Shown here: piece by piece, positions 12,839-24,435 of the stretch
How positions within the stretch are numbered: the first letter of the stretch is position 1
How the letters are laid out: each line of letters starts with the position of its first letter
NCBI GenBank assembly: GCA_951406725.2
Contig: OX597815.1
Location: 17,856,001-17,920,000, forward strand
Direction: 5' to 3'
Source of the DNA: Octopus vulgaris
Taxonomy: Eukaryota
DNA: 64,000 nt
The notes under the pieces: generated by a model
The model's input: only the letters and a program-made list of their open reading frames with translations
The model's database searches: none
What the model was told of the DNA's origin: nothing
Program-made: the position numbers and the translations under genes

Positions 12839-13542
12839 GTTGTCGCGCACACAGCCATGTGAAAAAGAGATGTGCAACTAGTGTCGGACGGTTTACACAG
12901 AGTAGGCATTAGATGTATGGAAAATAAGGAGCGAAAGAAAAGAGGGGGGAAGAAGAAAAAAGCAAACTAGAAATGTGCGAAAGAGAAGGTAAAATGAAAT
13001 TATGATGGAGGAGAATGAAGGAAAAATAACAGGCAAGGCCGATGCGTGAGAAAGATAAGAAAAGCAAGCAGATATAATAGAAGAAAAATAAGAAGAATCG
13101 AGACGAAAAGGAGGATTAGATAGAGTTGAGGTAAGGGATATAGAATAATGAAATGCTAGGACCGGACAGGAAGAGAGGGAATATGTGCGTGCATTTGTTG
13201 GTGCTGAGTGGAAGAAGTTAATGTATGTAATAAGTCAGAAGAAGACAGGCGAAATATCTGCTGCTAGGAAGAAGACGGATGCATTAAATAAGGAAAGCGA
13301 CAAGATACATTTAAATAGAAAACAATGTGTTAGAACATCAAGGGTGCATGAATGAAGGTAGAGAGAGAGCGAGAGAGAGCGACTGCAGAGTTTTATAAAG
13401 TGTATAAGAGTGAGAGAAGAAAAAGTTTGTTTTGTTTCGGTTTTTCAAGAAATTGCGACAAGATATAAAGTTGAGGAGAAAATGATGAAGAAGAAGAAAG
13501 TAAAAATAAGAAAGAAAGAAAGAAAGAAAGGAGGAAACTTAC

Positions 13543-13546
13543 GAAG
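13543..13546 (-). CDS. Candidate 4-nt microexon (CTTC)
   Basis: Minus strand reads attaac-atttcgctttaatttacttcag|CTTC|gtaagt: branch-like TTAAC, pyrimidine tract, CAG acceptor and consensus donor; converts phase 1 to phase 2. Confidence 0.5.
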
Positions 13547-14215
13547 CTGAAGTAAATTAAAGCGAAATGTTAATTTTGTGCAGTTATTTGGCTTAGTATT
13601 TTGCTAATAACACAGAGAGAGGCATAAATTGAAAAAGGAAGAGAAGAAAAAGCCTAAATAGTTATCGGAAGGTTAATAAAATATACATGGCACTGCTAAG
13701 TGGTGTGCTGGCTGCTGGATGGGAAACTAAGATGTTCCATTGGTGAGTTGTTCTGTTTTTTTTTACAGGAAGAAAGTAAAAACATTTAAGAGTGTATATA
13801 AGTGAGACTTAGTTATGGTGTTGCTATCTATCACTCACGCTAGCGATGAGAAGAAGCTTCAGGCTAACAAGAAACTAGTAAACAACATTGGTCGCTATAC
13901 AGCATAAGAACATAACACAGATGAAAGAAAGTACATTCCTGTGAAGCCGTTTCTGGCGTCAATTTTAAAGTAAAGAAATACTCCTTGTTGCTGCTAACGC
14001 CCTTAGAGAAACAGCTTCACCCATCGCTTATTCTCACTTTCTATCCGATAAAATTTCCGAATTTTATCTTCCTTAATTACGAAAGATAATTATTCAGATA
14101 ATTAAGACCATGGAGTTTGATAAAAAGAAAATCTGATAAATGATATATTTTCGGTGACGGTCGACTTGACTTGCAGGATTCTAGGCAGATAAAGAAAAAA
14201 GAATCCACAAAAAAA

Positions 14216-14260
<45 letters not shown>

Positions 14261-14513
14261 TTAACAAATGATTGATTTAATGCTTTCATTATTTTGTGCC
14301 GTTTTATTTCAGCTATATTTTTTTCTTCCACGCGAATTAGAATTTTATTTCTTTCATTACTTTGGCTTATGTAAAAGAAATGATATTCTTTCTAGAGATA
14401 TTTTTTCGTGGTGAAAATTGTAACATTTTATTACATTTTTTCCCCGTTTTTATGTTTCAGTTTAGCGAAAAAGCATCTGTATAATACACTGCAATACATT
14501 CAGGTAACTATAC

Positions 14514-14683
14514 CTTTCCCCCCAGGACTTGCAGGAGGAGAATGCAACCGGCACCTTGGTCTGGAATCCGGAGAACCAAAGAAGGATCCTGTGTCAAAGT
14601 CCTCTAGAAATTTTATAGATTTCTCCTTTCCGGGGCTCTGAAAGCAATCTTGTTCCACCTTGCGTAATTCCTCCCGAAGGGCT
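14514..14683 (-). CDS. Candidate internal coding exon (ALREELRKVEQDCFQSPGKEKSIKFLEDFDTGSFFGSPDSRPRCRLHSPPASPGGK)
   Basis: GC-richer unique block with an open SP-rich frame; donor AAAG|GTATAG (phase 1); acceptor is weak (ggcag| at 14684 or gaag| at 14689). Confidence 0.5.
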
Positions 14684-14945
14684 CTGCCCTTCCGTCATAC
14701 AAAAATAGAGCATTATGCCTATCAAAAGAAATTACTATTCCGATGGCAAACGAAAAGGAAAAACTAATTTGCCTGTAATTTAAAATCCAAGATTCAGTTT
14801 TGATTATCCACCAAATATGGTTTGATTCGAGGAATACACGCTTCAAATACAATATTTTAAAGGATGTTGGGATAGAAATCGATTTTATCTATGACTATTG
14901 GACAACAATAAAGACATCTAAACAGATTAGAATTAAGGTCCAGAG

Positions 14946-15673
14946 CAGGGGTTCTCAGCCATTATTTTTTCTATGGACCCAGGAATGGCTGTGTGGTAAG
15001 TAGCTTGTTTACCAACCACATGGTTCCGGGTTCAGTCCTACTGCGTGGCATCTTGGGCAAGTGTCTTAAAGCCTTGTGAGTGGATTTGGTAGACGGAAAC
15101 TGAAAGAAGCTCGTCATATATACATATATGTATGTGTGTGTATATGTTTGTATGTCTGTGTTTGTCCCCCCAACATCGCTTGACAACCGATGCTGGTGTG
15201 TTTACGTCCCCGTAACTTAGCGGTTCGGCAAAAAGAGACCGATAGAATAAGTACTAGGCTTACAAAGAATAAATCCTAGGGTCGATTTGCTCGACTAACG
15301 GCGGTGCTCCAGCATGGCTGCAGTCAAATGACTGATACAAGTAAAAAAGAGAGACCCCCCCCCTCTAATAACTATTTTATTGTGGTGGACCTCCATAGCT
15401 ATTCGATGTTTAAAAACTAGTTTTTCAGATCCTTTTTCCAAAATTCATATTTTGTTGTGTTGTTCACACATTAATTTGCGTATGTTGAACTATGTAAAAT
15501 GTTAGAGAAAGAAACCTAGCTGGTTCTTGAAATACATACATCTAAAGCAACATTTTTTCAGTGGTCATTGAAAAAAATTGTGAATCCCCACTTTACTATT
15601 TTGTTGTATGGACCCCCCAAAAAATGTTACATGGACTCTCAGAGGCCACATGGACCCCGGTTGAGAACCACTG
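14946..15673. mobile_element. hAT (Charlie-type) MITE with nested family-A SINE (14980-15353)
   Basis: TIRs CAGGGGTTCTCA / TTGAGAACCACTG; 8-bp flanks GTCCAGAG / GTTTAGAG resemble the NTCTAGAN target. Confidence 0.75.
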
Positions 15674-15685
15674 GTTTAGAGGATA

Positions 15686-16214
15686 TGTTTCTTTATTAGC
15701 CACATAGGGCTGCACACAGACGGGACAGATTACAAAGTAGAGCTTTTCTTTTTTTGGGGAGAGAAAAAAGGGTGGGGTAGGTTTTCGATCAAAAGGGATC
15801 GTAAAAGAAGAAAAAAAGGGGGGAAAAGAAAAGAAAACGATCAATAGGGATCGTGTATCACAGTGTCATGATGTAAAGTGTAAAGGGGAAGCAGATAAGG
15901 TTTATCCATGTGAAGAAAAGCCTACGGAAAAGACCACGGTAACCTCGGTCAATAATGTCACATGTTAATACATTTATTTGCAAGTAACTCTCTGTTTAAA
16001 AATTTTCCGGGTTCATAGGATTATGCTCAAGGTGGCTTCGTCATTCATACGTGTCATCCTTGCTACATTCACCCATCTTTTTTTGAAATATTCGCTAGAC
16101 AAAACTTGCCTCTCTACTTTCACTTTCTTTTTCAAGTGATACTTGAAACAGTTGATGAGAGATTGACCAGAGAGGAAAGTGTTCGTCTCCAATCTTTTCA
16201 GATGCGTCCACTGA
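15686..16214 (-). mobile_element. 5'-truncated L1/Tx1-type LINE (ORF2 C-terminus plus 3' UTR)
   Basis: WTHLKRLETNTFLSGQSLINCFKYHLKKKVKVERQVLSSEYFKKRWV; AATAAA near the 3' end; TSD TTTAGAGGATA at 15675 and 16215. Confidence 0.7.
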
Positions 16215-16634
16215 TTTAGAGGATAGATAGTTGGTACAGTAAGAACAGATGACAGGTGTAGAACGACAAAAAAGGGTTGGTGAGAAAAACACACTCTAAA
16301 GTCACCGGTGAACAATCACACGGATTTCCAATTACTGTATATGCGTTGAGGAGGAAGTACGAACCTATGTTTAGCATCACTCGGGAAAATCAGATCAGAA
16401 AGTGAATTTTATAGGTCACTTGTTTAGGAGGAACATTTGTAATTCATAAAGTTAAAGTCGTTAAATTCAGGGACCGCAAAGAGAGAGTAGGTCGAAATTT
16501 GCAATTGTCTAGACGGTCAGAGCAATAAGATTGAATATTTCATTAAGTTTTGCATACTAATGATGCTTTTTTTTTTAAGTAGGAAATTTTAATTATTCAG
16601 AAACAATTTATAAACTACAACTGCTGGCAAACAA

Positions 16635-16671
<37 letters not shown>

Positions 16672-16699
16672 CATATACACACACATACATACATATACA

Positions 16700-16731
<32 letters not shown>

Positions 16732-17116
16732 TATATGTATATATATCACGAGGTTGCTAGAGCAAGTACGTCTTTATTTACTTCTATAAATTCAAACTGA
16801 AGATCAAAGAAGATTTTTTCTTCGGTTTATATCTCCAATAAATAAGTAAAAAAGAAAGCATTTTTTTTCTTCGTAGATCTCTCAGGTATTAAAGATTGTG
16901 ATTGTTTATTGATTAACGAAATATCAATTTGCTCTATTTGAAGTTCCTGTGAAAGCAGAAATCAAAGTAGCAACCCAGTCATTCTTCTTTAAGTTTATTC
17001 TAGAGAGTAACTGAATTATCTATTCGAAAACATCAGCAATACTACGAGGGAACTTATCTGATCAGGAAGCTTAAGAGGTAAAATAGGCAAAGCCTTTTTT
17101 GTCAAGAAAGGACTTG

Positions 17117-17525
17117 GGATCTTTCCGGTTTGAACGGCAGATTTTTCAAGCGGTGTCATATGAAATTGTCACCCATAATTATGACCCTAGTATCGATCTA
17201 TTGCATTTCAATCTGTTCTAGGGTTAGGGTTAGGGGGATATCTTTTTTTCTTCACAAATGTAAATAAACCCAATCTGTTTCTTAAACGAGGGACATATTC
17301 ATACGGCACAGAATGTTTTTTACTTCAATAGAAGTCAGTGATTGGTTGAAATTGCAGAAACTGAAGAAAAGAAAGACAACAAATGTCTTACAAACTATAG
17401 AATTTTCTCAATAAAGCCAAGAGAAAAAGATGTTTTATAAACACATTCTACCAGTATACGAAGTTTACAATTTTTTAGTTACCTAGAAATTATGTTAAAA
17501 ACTGCCGTTCAAACCGAAAAGATCC
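17117..17525. mobile_element. GGATC-terminal MITE with internal TTAGGG repeats
   Basis: TIR GGATCTTT(T/C)CGGTTTGAACGGCAG; copies at 24033 and 26470, relative at 30104. Confidence 0.85.
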
Positions 17526-17634
17526 AGAGCTTGTCTTCTCGTGACAACAAATAGGAAAAATAAAAATAGCAACAAAATACAAGCCAACTCATATGAATTA
17601 GAAGTATCCAAACTTTAGCATGTCTACGAAATTA

Positions 17635-18147
17635 CCGTAAATCCTCGAGTATAGTCCGCCCTTGAGTATAATACGCAGGGGATTTTTAGGGGGCTGTACC
17701 TCTGAAAAACCTAAATCTTGTGTATAATACGCACCCCTTCTCTAACTTGAGTCAAGGAGGTCTATATAACGTCCTTGGTTTGTAAAAATGTATACGGTAA
17801 CGTCCTTTATTATTATTGTAGATATAAACATAATGCAAACATGTAGCTTTTTTGTGCATTTTGTTTACAGAAAATAAAGAAATAACAGTAATAACGTTTA
17901 ATAAATGTTGCTTACTGCAAGTTATGGATGATTCTTTTATGACTTCATTGCTTTCAGGCTTAGCTTAAGGTATTTTTGTGCCCGACATCACAAAATGCGT
18001 CTGAATAGACATTGCCGGACAGCAAATAGAGACTTGGACATTGCTTAGAAAAACGTTTTCATTTTTAACCTCGTATATAGTACGCATTAGGGATTTTGGC
18101 CTTTGAATTTTGGGGAAAAAATGCAGATTATACTCGAGGATTTACGG
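17635..18147. mobile_element. Tc1/mariner (Tc2-type) MITE
   Basis: TA-CCGTAAATCCTCGAGTATA ... TATACTCGAGGATTTACGG-TA: perfect TIR with TA TSD. Confidence 0.85.
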
Positions 18148-18623
18148 TAAGTCAGATCTGAACACATTTTTACGCTCACAACGCTACGTGCTTATTACAT
18201 ACGTGACTGGTGACACATGATATATGTTATTATTTATTAGCTCTATGTCTCCGACAAAACTTGGGCAATTCTTTTTTTATTATTTAAAAGACAAATGCAA
18301 AGCAAATGGGAAAAGTTTGCAAAGCTGTTCCTCGAAAAATTGTGCTTTCATCAGTTTAACGTTCATTTTACCACGCTCGCATGAATCAAACGGAATTCGT
18401 CGAGGCAGATATTTTTTTTACGGCCAGATGCCCTTCCAGTCGCCACCCCTCAGCTGTTTCCAAGCAAGTTAATAATTTCGTCATGGCTAGACGTATCACC
18501 GGATACCGCTTGTACGATAGGGTAGTTCATTTATAACTATCGCGTAATATCGAGACAAGGAGACAGAAACGCTCACGCTTTCTCTCTCTCTCTCACACTC
18601 TCTCTCTCTCTGTCTCTCTCTCG

Positions 18624-18672
<49 letters not shown>

Positions 18673-18769
18673 ACATATATATACATATTTTAATCTTTTA
18701 CTCGGTTCAAATCGTGAGCTGTGGGTCATATTGAGGCACAATGATTGATATAGCTACATCTTCATTAAT

Positions 18770-19050
18770 CCTCTTTTATTAGCTGGCACTTGGTGAATGA
18801 GAAATTTGATGTTGCTGTTGAGCGAAGCGGTCTTCGTCCCAGAGCTCGCAAGATGGGAGAAGTCCGAAACGTGGTCCTTTGCTATTCGTAAGGCCCGCAG
18901 AAGAGAAAGCAGGTCAACCCCCGACACCGAGAGCATCGACGGATGGATGAATGCGCATCCAGGCTCAGCGGTTGAGTAGGATGTCGGGGATGATGTTGCT
19001 GTCCACATTTGCGTTTGCGTTTCCTGTTGTGAAGTTGGTTCATTCAGGTC
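18770..19050 (+). other. GC-rich unclassified insertion inside a decayed family-A SINE, with a possible hammerhead remnant (18817-18882)
   Basis: Hairpin GGTCTTCGTCCCA/TGGGAGAAGTCC directly followed by GAAA-CGTG-GTC; upstream core degenerate. Confidence 0.35.
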
Positions 19051-19479
19051 TCTTGATTGTAGGAGATCCAGTTCGACGGGCTTCTCGCAGTTTCCATCTA
19101 CCAAATCTGCACGAAAAGCTTTGGCCGGCCCGGAGCTGTAGTAGCAGACACTTACCCAAAGTGCCATTTAGTAGGACTGAACTAGAAACCTCGTCACAAT
19201 GCCTGCGTTCAATAGTTTTCTCTCATCTTCATTGAATTCATTTCTACCTTCATAATCTCGTAATCATGTTGGTTAACTTTATTATTTAAATACACTCGGT
19301 AAAGCTGTATAAATATCGCTATACTAGCACGCCAGGTCATAGTGCTAGTGCATGCATATACAGCTGCGTGCGTGCACACATATACGCTAGTACTGTCCAA
19401 ATCTCCGACCAATCACATACAGCTAGCTGGCATTCAATTGGCGTATCAAGTTTCAGGCATTTTGATTGGGTTTTGGATA

Positions 19480-19683
19480 GAAAATTCACAAAAAAGTCAC
19501 TTCTATTGATTTTTTAATGGCTTTGCGGGGTGACTGGGGAAATGTAAAGATATGCACGACCACCCTTGGATGGTTTTGAATGACCATAGAAAGTGCGAAC
19601 CCTCTAACAGAAAAAATGTGGATTTGTATAAAGGACACAGACAGACATGACAGACATTTTGCCGTTTATATATAGAGAGAGAT
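19480..19683 (+). mobile_element. HINE-like 3' fragment
   Basis: Ends CAGACAGACA..GCCGTTTATATATAGAGAGAGAT, like the terminus of the 43828 element. Confidence 0.45.
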
Positions 19684-19894
19684 GAACTGTTTTGCACCTT
19701 GTAGAATGGCGATTTATTGTCATCTCAAACCAATTACTAGAACCATTTCATGAAAACTGGCAGGTGGTAAAAAAAAAAAAAAAGAAGTTATCTTGAATTG
19801 TTACACAATTTTAAAAGACAGCTATCGATGATATTTTCTCTGAAAGACAAACCGGTTTTTCTTCGCCTTTTTCTTTCTGCTTCTAGCTTTAGCA

Positions 19895-20285
19895 CAGGTG
19901 CGGCTGTGCGGTTAAGGAATTCACTTTGCAGTTAAGTGGTTTCAAGTTCAGTCCTACTGTGTGGCACCTTGGGCAAGTGTCCTTCTACTATAATCTTGGA
20001 CCGATTGACCCCTTGTGAGAGAATTTGGAATACGGAAACTGTGTGGAAGCCCTCGTACATGAGTTCGCATGTCTTTGCGTTTGTCCCCCACCTCCACCAC
20101 TTGATAACTGGTATTGGTTCGTTTACATCCCCATGACTTTGTAGTTCAGCAATTGACACTGAAAGTATAAGTACTAGACTTTAAAAAAAAACAACTTATG
20201 TACTGGAGTCGAATTGTTAGGGTGAACCCTATAAGGATGGAGCCCCAACATTGCAGCGGTCCTATGACTGAAACAAGTAAAAGAT
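19895..20285 (+). mobile_element. Old divergent family-A SINE
   Basis: GGCTGTGCGGTTAAG..GTTCAGTCCTACTG..TTGGGCAAGTGTC..ATGACTGAAACAAGTAAAAGA. Confidence 0.75.
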
Positions 20286-20297
20286 ATTTCTCGTGGC

Positions 20298-20750
20298 AAC
20301 TCTCTATCTCTATCCGCTCAGTCGAAGTCGACTCTCGGTCACTCGTTGGATCAGTGTCCTCCAGTCAGTTCTATCCTGGGCCGCTTCTTTCAGATTGGCT
20401 ATGTCCATTCCTGTATCACTCTTGATGGTGTCAAGCCAGCGGGTTCTTGGTCGGCCTCTTCCTCTCTTGCCACTGACCATTCCGAGCATGATGTCCTTCT
20501 CCAGGGATTTTCTCCGCATAATATGACCGAAATATGCCAATCTATACTTGGTGATCCTAGCTTCTAGAGACATTTTCGGCCTGATCTGCTTAAGAACTTC
20601 TCCAACCGAGTGAGAAATGGTGAAGAACTGCATGACCAAGAAGGGATCAGGAAAAGATGGAAAGAGTACACTGAACAGTTGTATGCAGGGAACAACCTCG
20701 ATGGACAGGCAGAAGAGAAGCCACTGGAACTGGAACTGGAGCCAGACATC
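20298..20750 (-). mobile_element. RTE-BovB-like LINE fragment with inverted 5' piece
   Basis: Minus 20310-20605: SLEARITKYRLAYFGHIMRR..GKRGRGRPRTRWLD..AAQDRTDWR; plus 20612-20750: NGEELHDQEGIRKRWKEYTEQLY..LEPDI (EN-RT linker). Confidence 0.85.
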
Positions 20751-21274
20751 AAAACAGCTAAATCAAAAGTATTTAAACACTAAACATGTAAACATCTGAC
20801 TTAACAATAGAATTCAGGGTTGAATTATTATAGCGATAAAACAGCTTAATATATATTTTCACAATTTTAGATTCGTAGCATATAAGTTGTATGTGATATT
20901 GAAATGTATCCAGAATTTGCGTACTGGCGAGTATAAGCAACACCTGAAATGACTTATAATTAGAACTTATGTGAAAACAGCAGACTTTTCCTCAAAGACA
21001 ACAAAGCAGCACCAAAGATAATAGAGAATGGTAAGGAAGTTAAACATAAAGGTGGGAATATATAACGGGAAAAGTAATTATATTTCTTTAGAATTTGTAG
21101 GTGGCGTATTCTTACAGATGTCAAATGATTTATAATTGTTTACATTTCGAAGTTTATTACATAATTTCACTTAATATTCCTGTCACAATAATGGCTAACG
21201 AATGCGGTAAAATGTACGTTGAATGCGATTTCTCCATTTTATAAAGCAAATAACACTTGATAAAGTTAATGGAT

Positions 21275-21648
21275 GGAAGCACTCCGTCGGTTACAACGAT
21301 GAGGGTTCCGGTTGATCCGAATCAACGGAACAGCCTGCTCGTGAAATTAACGTGTAAGTGGACCCTTAACGTAGTTCTCGGGATAGGGATATTCAGCGTG
21401 ACACAGAGAGTGACAAGGCCGGCCCCTTGAAATACAGGTACAACAGAAACTGGAAGTAAGAGTGAGAGAAAGTTGTTGTGAAAGAGTACAGCAGGGATCA
21501 CTACCATCCCCTGCCGGAGCCTCGTGGAGCTTTTTTTTTTTAGGTGTTTTCGCTCAATAAACACTCACAACGCCCGGTCTGGGAATCGAAACCGCGATCC
21601 TATGACCGCGAGTCCGCTGCCCTAAGCACTGGGCCATTGCGCCTCCAC
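21275..21648 (-). mobile_element. Family-C SINE
   Basis: Reverse complement of the GTGGAGGCGCAATGGCCCAGTG head; TGATAAAGTTAAT direct repeat on both sides. Confidence 0.85.
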
Positions 21649-21966
21649 TGATAAAGTTAATACAGCCATGTTGAACATAGAAATAATGCAGTGTTTGATC
21701 TACGATGACCACATTCTATTCGTGTAGTGTATTAAAAACTATATTTTTACCACGGCATCATGTAATTTACCTTTAGTAGAGATCGAAAGAGGTTCTAGAA
21801 AAAATGTGATAACCAAGAACTTCGAGAGATAAAAGGATGAGAGTGAATGGTAGAATATGGAAAGGAATGGAAGGAGAAAAAAAAAATCTCAATTGATATG
21901 GTCTATAACATATTATTATGAAATCTTTCACAAGATTAGACTTCTGAACTTAAGATTATTATTAAT

Positions 21967-22285
21967 AAGGTGGTGAGCTGGCAGAATCGACAACACGCCG
22001 GACAAAATGCTTAACGTAATTTCGTCCGTCTTTTACATTCTGAGTTCAAATTCTGCTGAGGTCGACTTTGCCTTTCGTCCTTTCGGGGTCGATGAAATAA
22101 GTACCAGTTACGCACTGGGATCGATGTAATCGACTAGCCCTCTTCCTCCAAAATTGTCAAGGCCTTCTTGTGCTTTTCATCCTTTTCCAGTTGATAGATT
22201 AAGTACCAGTGAAACACTTGGATCGATGTAATCGATTAGTCCCCACCCAACAAATTTGAGACCTTGTGCCTCTAGTAGAAAGGAT
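21967..22285 (+). mobile_element. Family-B SINE with duplicated 3' domain
   Basis: Head GGTGGTGAGCTGGCAGAATC; CTTTC(G/A)TCCTTT domain twice; (ATT)n tail. Confidence 0.8.
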
Positions 22286-22315
22286 TATTATTATTATTAT
22301 TATTAGCAGCAGCCT

Positions 22316-23100
22316 CATAGCCGTGTGTCGAGAGGGATTTTTGGGGGTTTGAATGATTCACCTCTGGAAACATGGGTGTTTCGTTCAACATCCTTAAACA
22401 ACCTTTACTGAGGGACCTGTTGAGCGGGATGGGCTACTCAACCTGAAGAAAATTCTAACTGGGCCCCACCTGCAAGGTGATGCGCTGTTTATTTTGATAT
22501 GAGATCACCATGTTGCGCACATATGGTTGTGATGCATGTGCCTTGTGTACCCTTATCAGACGGGTAGTCATGATGGGTATATTGGGCTTCGTATATTTTA
22601 CCCCTAGTGTCACTTTGATGGCATGCACGGCTCTCTCACTGGGGGTAAAATATACGAAGCCCAATATACCCATCATGACTACCCGTCTGATAAGGGTACA
22701 TCAGGCACATGCATCACAACCATATGTGCGCAACATGGTGATCTCATATCAAGATAAACAGCACATGACCTTGCAGGTGGGGCCCAGTTAGAATTTTCTT
22801 CTGGTCGAGTAACCCATCCCGTTCAAGAGGTCCCTCAATAAGGGTTGTTTAAGGATGTTGAACGAAACACCCATGTTTCCAGAGGTGAATCATTCAAACC
22901 CCAAAGGATCATCCCTCTCAACACATGGCTATGATGCTCCCCAACTACTTCTGCTCGTGATCAGAGATGCACATATCGTCAGCCATAAAGGGACATGCTC
23001 AACTGGTTAAAGTTAAATAACTGACAAGCAAATCTGTGGTATTGAGTAGAATATTTGCTGTAGCTCATGTTTTATACCAAGACAAGACAATGTACATGAT
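22316..23100. repeat. Tail-to-tail pair of Dong/R4 3' UTR repeats forming a long palindrome
   Basis: 22316-22604 is the reverse complement of ~22642-22933 (diverged, ~35-nt spacer); same family as 41830-42322. Confidence 0.85.
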
Positions 23101-23159
23101 AGTGGTGCCCTAGCATGGCCGCGGCCTTCGGGCTAAAACATTTTAAAGGATTTTAAGGA

Positions 23160-23219
23160 TTATTATTCATATTATTATTATTATTATCATTATCATCATC
23201 ATCATCATCATTATCGTTA

Positions 23220-23262
<43 letters not shown>

Positions 23263-23490
23263 AACGGCGAGCTGGCAGAGTCGTTAGCACGTTGTACAAA
23301 ATGCTTAGCAGCATTTCGTCCATCTTTACGTTCTAAGTTCAAATCCCGCCGTGACCGACTTTGCCTTTTATCTTTTTGGGGGGTCAATAAAATAAGTACC
23401 AGTTGCGCAGTGAGATCGATGTAATCGACTTATACCCCCCACCACCACCACCACCAAGTTACTGGCCTTGTGCCAAAATCTGAATCCATT
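23160..23490 (+). mobile_element. (ATT/ATC)n microsatellite followed by a family-B SINE (23264-23490)
   Basis: Direct sequence reading. Confidence 0.8.
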
Positions 23491-24032
23491 ATTATTATTA
23501 TTATTTTTAGTAGTAGTGGTAATAGCAGCAGCAGCGGCAACAGCAGCTGAACAATCGCAGCTTTATTTAATACTCAATTGGTCTTGCGTACAGAAAATGG
23601 TACTGAGAAGCTCTAATAGAGAAAGGCGGCTCAAATTTTTCTAAGCTAGTCTAAACATAACAACTAAGCAGGCTATCCAACTACTCACATAGTCATCAAA
23701 TTTTCCTGAAATAGTAACATGCCATTCTTTACTTAAAAATAAATACAACTAGTTTATTTAAAAGCAGAACAGATTTATTTTCATATACTAAGCATTTCTC
23801 GAGATTTCTACATAGAAATTATACACCTTTTCATTATAAATGATTAATTTTTTCAGGTGGGTTCTTAAATCAAATTATCTTCAGTGTTTGGTCCTATTCA
23901 ATTAGGCTAATTATTCAGTAATCAAAACTGCAATGACGTGGTGAAGAATAAAAAAAAAAATTATAGAGTTAGATCAACAGAAAGGATTTCATCTATAAAC
24001 TACTGAAATTTTTAATTTTCATATTCCCTGTC

Positions 24033-24435
24033 GGATCTTTTCGGTTTGAACGGCAGTTTTTTAACATAATTTCAAGGTAACGAAAAAATTTTAAACTTCG
24101 TATACTGGTAGAATGTGTTTATAAAACATCTTTTTCTCTTGGCTTTATTGAGAAAATTCTATGGTTTGTAAGATATTTGTTGTTTTTTTCTTCAATTTCA
24201 ACCAATCAATGACCGTCTATTGAGGTGAAAACATTCTGTGCTGTATGAATATGTCCCTCGTTTAAGAAACAGATTGGGTTTATTTACATTTGTGAAGGAA
24301 AAAAATATACCCTTCCCCCACTCCTAACCCTAAATTAGATTGAAATGCAATAGATCGATACTAGGGTCATAATTATGGGTGACAATTTCATATGACACCG
24401 CTAGAAAAAAACTGCCGTTCAAACCGAAAAGATAC
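24033..24435. mobile_element. GGATC-terminal MITE (opposite orientation to 17117)
   Basis: TIRs as above; 8-bp TSD TCCCTGTC / TTCCTGTC. Confidence 0.85.

Larger units (their letters stand above)
11300..14940 (-). promoter_or_regulatory. Transposon-free island, probable internal promoter / 5' UTR / splicing-regulatory region
   Basis: About 3.6 kb with no recognisable SINE or MITE in a window with roughly one per kb; contains three minus-strand GTAAGT donors (~11608, 12638, 13542). Confidence 0.5.

Noticed and set aside
12732-12877. Cys-rich alternative frame (SCNYCRTCKQC) overlapping the 12.6-kb exon
   Set aside because: It is the expected by-product of Ala codons read out of frame, and the acceptor is weak.
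14526-14618. Plus-strand exon after ctttccccccag (DLQEENATGTLVWNPENQRRILCQSPLEIL*)
   Set aside because: It is short and stop-terminated with no partner exons. The minus-strand frame fits the neighbouring donors and phases better, though this reading is not formally excluded.
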